Of a stretch of 20,000 bases of DNA, positions 11,400 through 20,000 are shown piece after piece. The translations under genes were made by a program, and so were the position numbers. Origin of the DNA: Chiloscyllium plagiosum. Lineage: Eukaryota. The stretch lies in contig NC_057718.1 of NCBI RefSeq assembly GCF_004010195.1, positions 55,591,783 through 55,611,782 of the forward strand. Reading direction: 5' to 3'. Positions within the stretch are counted from its first letter, which is position 1, and each line of letters starts with the position of its first letter. The notes below the pieces were generated by a model. The model was not told the origin of the DNA, did no database searches, and saw nothing but the letters and a program-made list of their open reading frames with translations.

Positions 11400-13114
11400 A
11401 TGGAACCACAGGAAATGGATGAGATACTAAATGAGTATTCCGCGTCAGTGGACTGTGGAGAAGGATATGGAAGCTAGATAACATGGGGAAATTAACAAGT
11501 GATATCTTGAAACATGTCCATATTACAGGAAAGATTCTGAACATCTTAAAATAATAATGGTGGCTAAATTTTACGACCTGACCAGATTTATCCCAAAACT
11601 TTGTGGGAAGCTCGGGAAGAGATTCCTGGGCTCCTTGCTGAGGTATTTGTATCATTGATAGCCATAGGTGAAATATTGGAAGACTGGAGGTTGGCTAATG
11701 TGGTGTCATTATTTAAGAAAGGTGATAAGGAAAAGTCCGGGAACTATAGGTTGATAAGCCTGACGTCAGTGGTGAGTGAGTTGTTGGAGAGGATTCTGAG
11801 GGACAGAATTTACATGCATTTAGAAAGTGACTGATTAGGGAGAGTCAACATGGCTTTGTGTGTGGGAAATAGTGTCTCACTAACTTGATTGAGTTTTTTG
11901 AAGAAATGACAAAGAAGATTGATGAAGGCAGAGCAGTAGATGCTGTTTGCATGAACTTCAGCAAGATGTTCGACAAGGTTCCACATAGTCAACAGTTAGT
12001 AAGGTTAGATCACATGGAATGCAGGATGGGTTAGCCAACTGGATATAAAATTGGCTTGAAGGTAGGAGACAGAGGGTGGTGATGAAGGATTGTTTTTCCT
12101 GACTGGAGCAGTGTGACCCGGTGGTATGCTGCAAACACTAATACTGGGTCCGCTACTTTACATGATTTACTTAAATGATTTGGATGTGAATAAAGGAGGT
12201 ATGTTTAGTAAGTTTGCAGATGACCCCAGAATAGGTGATATAGTGGATAGTGAAAAACATTGCCTCAGAGTACAATGGCACCTTCATCAGATGGATCGAT
12301 GGGCCAAGGAGTGGCAGATAGAGTTTAATTAAGACAAATGTGAGGTGTGTTTTGGTAAGGTTAATTGGGGCAGGACCAATACACTTAATGGTAGGGTCTT
12401 GGGGAATTTTGCTGAGCAAAGGAACCTAGGGGTGCAGGTACATAGTTCCTTGAAAGTGGAGTCATAGGTAGTCAAGGTGGTGAAGAAGGCATTTGGCACA
12501 CTTGCCTTCATTGGTCAGTGCATTGAGTATATGAGTTGGGATGTCATATTGCGGCTGTACAGCACATTGGTTAGGTCACTTTTAGAATACCATGTACAAT
12601 TCTGTCTCCCTGCTACAAGAAAGATGTTAAACTTGAAAGGATTAAAAAAAGATTTACAAGGATGTTGCCAGGATTGGAAGGTTTGAGCTATAGGGAGAGG
12701 TTGAATAGACTGGAGTTATTTTTTCCCTGGAGTGTTGGAGTCTGAAGAGTGACCTTTATAGAGGTTTATAAAATCATGAGGGGTATGGATAGGGTGAAAA
12801 GCCAAGTTCTTTTTCCCAGGGTAGGGGAGTTTAAACCTGTGCCCTCCATTTTTGAGGTGAGAGGAGAAAAAATTAAAAAGGACCTGAGGGACAACTTTCT
12901 TACACAGAGGGTGGTGTATGTATGGAGGATATGGTGGAGACTGGTACAGTTACAACATTTAAAAGGCATCTGGATGGGTACATGAATAGAAACGGTTTAG
13001 AAGGATGTGGGTCAAAATCTGGCAATTTGGACTAATCAATTTAGGAAGTCTGGTCGGCTTGGATGAGTTGGACCGAAGAGTGTGTTTCTCTGCGGTATGA
13101 CTCTTTGACTCTAT
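11400..13114 (+). mobile_element. 5'-truncated CR1 LINE, full RT region and 3' UTR, frameshifted
   Basis: ORF pieces EDWRLANVVSLFKKGDKEKSGNYRLISLTSVV, LGPLLYMIYLNDLD, SKFADD, WQIEFN, LYSTLVRSLLEY; tail atgactctttgactctat. Confidence 0.97.
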
Positions 13115-13680
13115 GTCTTATTGCAATTATATAAATCCTGAGGCCGTATCTGGAGTAAGGTGTGCAGTTTTGGTCTCCTTATTTAAGAAAATTATATTTG
13201 CCATAGAGGATTCAACAAAGTAATTCCTGATTTCTGAGGCATTGACCGATGAAGAAAGATTAAATAGATTTCATTAAATATTAATTAAATTAGCCTATAT
13301 TCCCTGGGGTTTAAAGAATGAAAGATGATCTCATTCAAAGTGAATGTGGAAGGACAGTTCACCTGACTGGAAACTGGGAAGTTTGGGGGAGGTGTTCTAG
13401 TGCCTGGGAACATAGTCACAAAATGAAGAAGCTATTTGTGACTGACAGCAGGATGAATTTATTCACTCAGAGAATGATGTATTTTTAGAGTTCTGTGCTT
13501 CTGACGGAAGAGCAATTATTTGGTATATTCAGAATTCAGTTTGATGGAATTCTAAATGTTAAGAAGTTCAGAGATATAAGAATGGGGCAGGAAAATACAA
13601 TAGCATCAAAGTGAAAGATCAACCATGATCTAATTAAATGACAGCTCGATGGGCTGAATAGTCTACTTTGTTTTTCTGTT
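13115..13680 (+). mobile_element. Old CR1 ORF2 C-terminus and 3' UTR, right part
   Basis: gtcttattgcaattatataaa (VLLQLYK), ctggagta...gtgcagttttggtctccttat (LEY..VQFWSPY), ttcactcagaga (FTQR), and 3' UTR-like gatcaaccatgatct...gatgggctgaatag. Confidence 0.8.
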
Positions 13681-13931
13681 TATACTATATTCTTTTACTA
13701 GGCAACTAATGTTTTAACTATAGAAAGTGACATCCCCCTTGTGTACCTACCATCATCTCAGTCTCCAGAGAATTGTAGACCTATTAGCAACTTGTTCAGT
13801 GTAATCCATAACTTCTAATCTGATCTAGTATTTGCATTTTGCCAAATAGTAATATTGAGTCAAGTAGCTAGATGCTTTCCTTGGCTTTTGAAAAATTGTT
13901 AAATCCAACAAAGCAGGGAAGAAGCTCCAAT

Positions 13932-13969
13932 GATTCCTGAAGAAGGGCATGTGCCCGAAACGTCGAATC
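13932..13969 (+). ncRNA. Minimal type I hammerhead ribozyme, intact core
   Basis: Stem I gattc/gaatc (perfect 5 bp); CUGAAGA 13937-13943; extra A; stem II gggc(atgt)gccc; GAAA 13957-13960; palindromic ACGU in place of stem III; GUC site after 13964. Confidence 0.9.
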
Positions 13970-14026
13970 TTCTGTTCCCTAGATGCTGCCTGACCTGCTG
14001 TGCTGTTCCAGCAATAAAGTTTCACC
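13932..14026 (+). mobile_element. Solo Penelope pseudo-LTR fragment
   Basis: Hammerhead motif followed by gatgctgcctgacctgctgtgctgttccagc (shared with 5702-5733) and AATAAA at 14013-14018. Confidence 0.85.
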
Positions 14027-14144
14027 AATGATTCTTCACCCTTGGATACATCAGGATGAATCTCCTAGAATCCTTAAATGGCTTTCGCTTAAACTAAATG
14101 CTGTCCCACATCTGACTGTGGTGGTCATAAACTCAAGCAGCCTT

Positions 14145-14457
14145 TTCTTCCTCTTCTTCTGGTGGTAACGGTATCGAGGCTGCATCCGTCTTCGACTCTG
14201 AGGTTTCCTTGACGAAAGACGGATGCAGAGAACCCATGATTTCTGACAGCCTTTCTGGCTGTTCTGATGGATCAGGTATGTTTTTCTCCTGGCCTGTTTG
14301 CACAGTAGCAGCTTTCAGGTGATCTGCATGTTTGTTCAGGACTGCATCATCTATCCAAACTTTATATGTCACAGGACCTGACCTCGTGTCAATCTCGCCT
14401 CGTATCCATGCCGGGCCATTTCTGTAGTTCCAGCACCAACTTCATCCCTGAAGTAAA

Positions 14458-14515
<58 letters not shown>

Positions 14516-15420
14516 TTGAGGAGGTTTGTGGCTGGCATTGGAGTTCCAGATGCTGTTTCAACCTCCCTACCAAGGTCCAGAGTCTTCTCCTTTTCAGCAA
14601 CTCTGCTGGGGCTATCCCTGTAGTTGTGTGAGAGATGGTCCGATAATCAAACAGGAATCGGGCAATTTGGTATCGGGTGGAGCTGTTGGTGTTTCTTTAA
14701 TCCTGCTTTGAATGTTTGGACTACTCTTTCTGCCAGACCTTTGGACAATGAATGCCATTCAACTTTAGGAAATACTTGAATTCCCTGCTGGTAAATGATG
14801 TATCTTTGTCCTTGACCAATGCTCTGGGAGTCCCTGGGCATCTTTGTACTATGAATGATGCTCACAGTTTTTCATTCAACTTCACTGAGTTTGCTAAATG
14901 AACTTTATGCACAGCTAACCACTTTGGGCATCCAGAATAACCAGGAACATTGAGCCCATGAAAGGACTGTACGGTAACATAAATCCAGGGTTTACCCGGT
15001 CACGCCCACAAATGTGTAGGTGCTGCTGGTGGTCATTTTTGTTCTTGCTGGCACTGTGGCCACTGAATCACCGTAGTTGCCAATCCTGTCCACCAGACGT
15101 AACTTCTTGCTGACATCTTGAAGGGTTTTAATATCTGCTGCCTCAGGGAAGCTTCTCATAACTGAAAATGTTGTGGGTCCACAACCAGTCATAAGATTAC
15201 TCATTGGGGCAGATGAAAAGCAATATCACTTGCCAGGAAAAAATATTGCATTCTTTCCACATACTGGGCCCAGTCATTGATGGCAAGATCAAACAAGTCA
15301 AGCTTCCCAAATAATGGCATGATGCTAAAAATGCTTACCCAAGTTCAAAGACAACTATTGCAAGCAAATCTTCTTAAGGCATGTACAATTTTCTCTAAAT
15401 TGAAATAACTGCACAGAGAC
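14145..15420 (-). mobile_element. Internally deleted Gypsy/Ty3 LTR retrotransposon (gag N-terminus joined to integrase)
   Basis: gag start at 15320 MPLFGKLDLFDLAINDWAQYVERMQYFFLA. Integrase remnants ARSYVWW, PQCQQ, GKPW, PFMGSMFLVILDA, GLAERVVQTFK, TYKV...HADHLK. LTR end tgaaataactgcacagag at 15401-15418 matches 17094-17111 at 17/18. Confidence 0.9.
14463..14512. repeat. (TC)25 microsatellite
   Basis: 25 perfect TC units. Confidence 0.99.
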
Positions 15421-16326
15421 TCATCCCCAAAGAGACGGCACTTTCCAGAATAAACTGGTTAAAATCCTATCCACTTTAAGAGCTAACTTACGTTTTCCTC
15501 GCTATGTATAATTCAAGTAACATTTTCCATCTGTCCTGCTACCCTTAACGTGTGCATTAATATCTACGTTGTGCATTAAACAGTTTATCTTGGCAACATA
15601 TGATGTTTAGTGTCTAGTAATCAGATATAAGTAATGGTTAAGAATTAAAATGCAATGTTACCTCCTTGAATACAGGAGAAGAAGGGACACCCAGGGACAG
15701 ATTGAATTGCTTCATGCCCCTCCTACCTACTGCTGTATAAAGCTCATTGACAAGCAACAGAAGATAGGTCTGAGTGCCTATCCATTGACCAGTGAGTGTC
15801 TATTGGACTTATCTTACAAAGACAATAGCTTTTCCCGGGAGTAAATTGAGTGCATACATGCTGGAGCCATGACAGCACTGAATTTGGATGGACTTCTCCA
15901 CTTTTTGGGCAAGGCTGTGCTTGGCTCAGACATCTCTAAAAAAACATTTTCTTGCTCTCCGGCTGGTTTATTTCAGTTTTAACTAGAGGTTAGTCTTCAG
16001 CATATGTCTGGTTTTAGCCGTCCCTATATAGTCTTCCTGTTCTGGACCTCGGCTTTCATATTTTCCAACAGCTGCTGACATGTGTCTGTGATGTGAATAT
16101 GAATGGGTAGCCACTGAGATCATGGTCTCTGTGCTGGTGAGGGTGAGTGATTGATGATCGTAGTGTTCTGTCTCATCACCCTCAGAGGTAGCGTTGAAAC
16201 TTGCAGCCTGCCTCTTCTGTTTCTCTTGACTGCAAGGGTTTGTACTGGAGAACATAAAGACTTTTTCTCACTTGGATAATTGAAATCCTGGACTCTCCAT
16301 CAATGCAGGATGGTCTACCTTCCTCC

Positions 16327-16599
16327 CCAGGGTCCCAGGTTCGATTCCAGCCTCGGGCGATTGCCTTTGTGGAGGTTGCACATTCTCCCCATGTCTGCGT
16401 GTGTTTCCTCCTGGTGCTCCGGTTTCCACCCACAATCCAAAAATGTGCAGGTCAGGTGAATTGGCCATGCCAAATTGCTCATAGTATTAGGTGAATTAGT
16501 CAGAGGGAAATGGGACTGGGTGGGTTACTCTTCGGCGGGTCGGTGTGGACTTGTTAGGCCGAAAGGCCTGTTTCCACACTGTAGGGAATCTAATCTAAT
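16327..16599 (+). mobile_element. HE1-type V-SINE (tRNA-derived), 5'-truncated
   Basis: B box ggttcgattcc (16338-16348), no A box. V-domain tgtggaggttgcacattctccccatgtctgcgtg...ggtgctccggtttcc. CR1-like 3' stem-loop ggccgaaaggcc and an aatct-repeat tail. Confidence 0.92.
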
Positions 16600-17093
16600 T
16601 CCGCAACCACCTGTTCTGTACAAATCAATATTCTGATGTCTCGGAGACCTCTAACTATCTACAACCGCTTGCTACTGTTATGAGATTTTTTTTCCAACAG
16701 GCAGAAAGAAGAATTGCATACCACCCCGGCAGGTGCATAACTGCTTTGTGTGTGTATGTTCATGCTCTCCCTATTAAGTCTTTCACCCATGAAGTGTCTG
16801 CAACTACTATACCTTCATATATTAATTGGCTGCCACACATGCACTCCATGTGAATACTGAGATATACAACCCAAATTTTTGTTTAGCATCCCTCTACATT
16901 TGTGCACTTGCATTGCTTAATGCAATTATGTGTATCACTTCGTAGTGATTATACAGTGCCACTTCATCTAAAAAACCACAGGAGGCACCCAGTATTGCTT
17001 TTGGACTCTACAGCTACTAATCCTGCTGCCATCTTTATCTAGATTGCCTTGGTTTGGAGGGATAGCCTTCTGCTGGGAAACATGACCTTCCTC

Positions 17094-17747
17094 TGTAATA
17101 ACTGCACAGAGGCCGGTGTTCCGTCATCAAGTCATCTTTATTTACAGGGAAGTCCTTGACACTGATCCAGCTTTCCCCAGAGTGAATGCAATCTCTGATA
17201 GTCCTGTTCTTTTTTTTTCCTGTTTATATTATTTTATTAAACAATTACAAAACAGTTTATAAGAAACAGTTAACATTTACAGCTGTATACAACAGCAATT
17301 TTACAAGGGAGAGGAGCAGCAAAGCCAGGCCCCAAACCCTACCGTTCAACCAGTTTACAGGGAGATGAGGACAAACCTCAAATCCCAGTTCCACATATAA
17401 AAGACAGCGACAATGACATTGTACATGAGACAATACTGTTACGTACAAAAGTGCAGACAATACAGACCCAGCAAGCCCCCATCCCTCCCACCTTCCGACC
17501 ACTCTAAGGCAGCCTGCTCCTACACACCTTCCAGCTCTCGGTCCACCCCATGCCTCTTCCAGTTCTCGGTCCGCCCTGACACACCTTTCAACCACCTCTC
17601 GGGCATCCTGACCCAGTACCCACCCGGGGTGACATAGTCCTGTTCTTATCTGTCAGCCAAGGCTTCTTGATTGGATTGTTAATCTAGTCCATTAGGGAAC
17701 TGCTAGTCTATGAGGTCCACCTGACTGCCCTTGTTACAATCACTGAA
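17094..17747 (-). mobile_element. Gypsy-type LTR (about 218 bp once the nested insert is removed), apparently solo
   Basis: The end tgtaataactgcacagag matches the LTR terminus next to gag at 15401. AATAAA on the minus strand (tttatt ~17137-17142). It interrupts the Harbinger Myb-like exon. The other terminus is degenerate and no TSD is resolved. Confidence 0.7.
17212..17633 (-). mobile_element. Poly(A)-tailed retroposed insertion (L1/Tx1-type 3' UTR or mRNA retrocopy)
   Basis: Perfect 14-bp TSD atagtcctgttctt (17198-17211, 17634-17647); T run 17210-17218; minus-strand AATAAA (17233-17238) 14 nt from the tail. Confidence 0.9.
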
Positions 17748-18216
17748 CCCAGAAAAACATGCTGGAGAACCTGCAAGAAGACATTGGCTGAACTGAAGGG
17801 GCTCTTTTCAGAACCAGTTTGCAAAAATTTGGTAGGGTCACATCAGGTGATTCGGATCAACTTATGGGGATGGAAGTAACAGGCATTTCAGGGATCCAGG
17901 GGACAATTCAGAGGAATAGATGAACAACAGTTTCACTCAGAAAAAACCCTCAAAATTTGGCAGACCAATGTTACTAGATGGCAGGAAGAAGTGGATGCTG
18001 TTTAAATTTGTGAGGCAAAGTGGGGCTGACCACTTCCTGCCATACCCCACACATTCGCTGAACTGAAGGGCCTTTTATCAGCATTCAGACTGTTGACTGT
18101 GGCCTTCAGTTTTGAATAGTTATTTGGTTAGTTGCCATGTGATCGTGACTGGTCAACCATCTGCTGACAAACTGAAGTAAGACACACTTCTCGTTCCACC
18201 ATCAGAACCCCAAAGG

Positions 18217-18370
18217 TAGAGTCATCGAGATGTACAGCACAAAACAGACCCATCCATGCTGACTAGATAACCTAAATGAATCTATCCCATTTGTCACCAC
18301 TTGGCCCATATCCCTCTTAAATCCTTCCTAATCATATACTGTCCAGATGCCTTTTAAATGGTGTAATTGT
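18217..18370 (-). mobile_element. Short CR1 3' end
   Basis: Aligns with 1917-2084 and 18840-19008; tagagtcat tail. Confidence 0.9.
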
Positions 18371-18450
18371 GATACTAGAATAAAGTTTCACCGATTGCCT
18401 CCAAGCATAAACGTTTTCTTAGTAAAATAATCTAAGCCCTCCTTTGATAA

Positions 18451-18837
18451 GCGGACAAGGGGGCTGCAGTGGTAGTTTGGCACACTGAACTGTACAATGC
18501 TGAAGCTAGGCACTAACTCACGGACTCCTCTTCCTACTGCCCCCTCGAATATGACCTCACCTCCCATCACCAAACCATCATCTCTCAGACAGGACACAAC
18601 CTTATCACCTCAGCGATCTCCTATCTACAGCTTCCAGCCCCCAGAACCTCGCACCATCCAGTCCTACATCTTACCCAAAATTCACAAACCTGACTGCCCC
18701 GGTCGACCCATTGTCTCTGCTTGCTCCTGCTACACGAAACTTATGTCCTGATATCTTTACACTGTCCTGTCCCCCTTAGTCCAGGAACTTCCTATATATA
18801 TTCGGGCCACCACTCATGTACTCCACCTCCAACATGA
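18451..18837 (+). mobile_element. Penelope-like element RT N-terminal fragment
   Basis: ADKG.AVVVW, YILPKIHKPDCPGRPIVSACSC, LSPLVQELPIYI; DKG and LPKIHK..P.RPIVS are Penelope RT hallmarks; frameshifted. Confidence 0.92.
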
Positions 18838-18838
18838 G

Positions 18839-20000
18839 TTAGAGTCATAGAGTCATAGCGATGTACAGAATGGAAATAGACCCTTGCCGTCCATGCCGAC
18901 CAGATATCCCAACCCAATCTAGTCTCACCTGCCAGCAACCGGCCCATATCCCTCCAAGCCCTTCCTACTCATATACCCATCCAACTGCCTCTTAAATGTT
19001 ACAATTGTACCAGCCTCCACCATTTCCTCTGGCAGCTCATTCCATACACGTACCACTCTCTGCGTGAAAAAGTTGCCCCACGGGTCTCTTTTATATCTTT
19101 TCTCTCCCACCCTAAACCTATGCCGTCTAGTTCTGGACTCCCCAACCTCAGGGAAAAGACTTTGCCTATTTACACGATCCATGCCCCTCATAATTTTGTA
19201 AACCTCTATAAGGTCACCTCGCAGCCTCCGACGCTCCAGGGAAAACAGCCCCAGCCTGTTTAGCCTCTCCCTAAAACTCAAATCCTCCAACCCTGGCAAC
19301 ATCCTTGTAAATCTTTTCTGAACCCTTTCAAGTTTCACAACATCTTTCCAATAGGAAGGAAACCAGAATTGCATGCAATATTCCAACAGTGGCCTAACCA
19401 ATGTCCTGTACAGCCGCAACATGACCTCCCAACTCCTGTACTCAACACTCTGACCAATCAAGGAATGTATACCAAATGCTTTCTTCACTATCCTATCCAC
19501 CTGCGACTCCACTTTCAAGGAGTATTGTACAGAGGTCAAGATTTTGCTGAAAGGGTTGAATATAATACGACTTGAGGACTTTTCAGGAGAGTGAGTCAGT
19601 GATGAACTACTGCTGCATGAATCACCTTGACAGGTCATCATAGCAATCTCCACAATGTATTTGAACCTGCACTCCAAGGTCTGTTTGTTCAGCAACACTC
19701 CCTAGGACTTTACCATTAAGTGTATAAGTCCTGCTAAGATTTGCTTTCCCAAAATGCAGCACCTCGCATTTATCTGAATTAAACTCCATCTGCCACTTCT
19801 CAGCCCATTGGCCCATCTGGTTCAGATCCTGTTGTGATCTGAGGTAACCCTCTTCATTGTCCACTACAATTCCAATTTTGGTGTCTTCTGCAAACTTACT
19901 AACTGTACCGCTTATGCTCGCATCCAAATCATTTATGTAAATGACAAAAAGTAGAGGACCCAGCACTGATCCTGTGGCACTCCACTGGTCACAGGCCTCC
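18839..20000 (-). mobile_element. Relatively young CR1 LINE 3' portion, running off the window end
   Basis: LGPLLFVIYINDLD, SKFAED (FADD motif altered), WQMEFN..KCEVLHFG, LYRTLVRPLLEYC, LERRRLRGDLIEVYKI; tail ttagagtcatagagtcatag; interrupted at 19523-19661. Confidence 0.98.

Larger units (their letters stand above)
15983..17811 (-). pseudogene. Fossil multi-exon Myb/SANT-like gene of a second PIF/Harbinger transposon
   Basis: Exon 1 (17811-17748 plus 17093-16985): KRAP.FS.NVFLQVLQHVFL / RKVMFPSRRLSLQTKAI*IKMAA..SSCRVQKQYWV. Exon 2 (16694-16600 plus 16326-16272): EKKSHNSSKRL*IVRGLRDIRILICTEQVVAE / EEGRPSCIDGESRISIIQ then GTGAGA. An acidic, Ser/Thr-rich third piece starts at 16244. Confidence 0.65.

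Noticed and set aside
9094..13969. Heterodimeric hammerhead formed between the two sense-strand motifs, which share GAAACGUC
   Set aside because: A dimer needs cross-pairing of stem I strands; gattc/tgcaa and gca/gaa do not pair, and one core is mutated.
17520..17610. 28-29-nt repeats as a CRISPR-like array
   Set aside because: The units are tandem, diverged and lack unique spacers, in a eukaryotic retroposed context.
17781..18081. Minus-strand ctgaaaa/ctgataa...aatgt read as decayed hammerheads
   Set aside because: No G8, no GAAA and no stem II; the first copy is better explained as Myb-like coding sequence.
14013..18392. Identical 14-mer aataaagtttcacc at 14013-14026 and 18379-18392
   Set aside because: AT-rich, the flanks are unrelated and it does not bound a coherent element, so it is not accepted as a TSD.
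19599..19670. Box C-like gtgatga suggesting a C/D snoRNA in the CR1 insert
   Set aside because: No CTGA box D at a suitable distance and no terminal stem.
18925..19698. 257-aa ORF as a novel chimeric gene
   Set aside because: It is CR1 ORF2 C-terminus plus an accidental frame through the insert; no evidence of promoter or splicing.

Overview
Vertebrate intronic DNA, most likely from a cartilaginous fish. This is inferred from an HE1-type SINE, CR1 copies with (CTCTATGA)n tails and shark-type Penelope elements. The only host coding sequence I can support is one 186-nt phase-0/0 exon (4302-4487, +) of an EML6/EML5-type WD40 gene. The rest is nested transposon debris: CR1 LINE copies of several ages, Penelope-like elements, an internally deleted Gypsy element plus an LTR, two PIF/Harbinger fossils with Myb/SANT-like gene remnants, SINEs, a probable Tigger-like MITE, and an unidentified poly(A)-tailed 422-bp insertion with a perfect 14-bp TSD. 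The most notable structures are two Penelope-derived minimal type I hammerhead ribozymes in the sense orientation of the host intron. One has an intact core (13932-13969). The other carries a C3A change and contains the element's stop codon (9094-9133). I found no convincingly new biological system. Family assignments rest on motifs and recalled family features, not on database searches.
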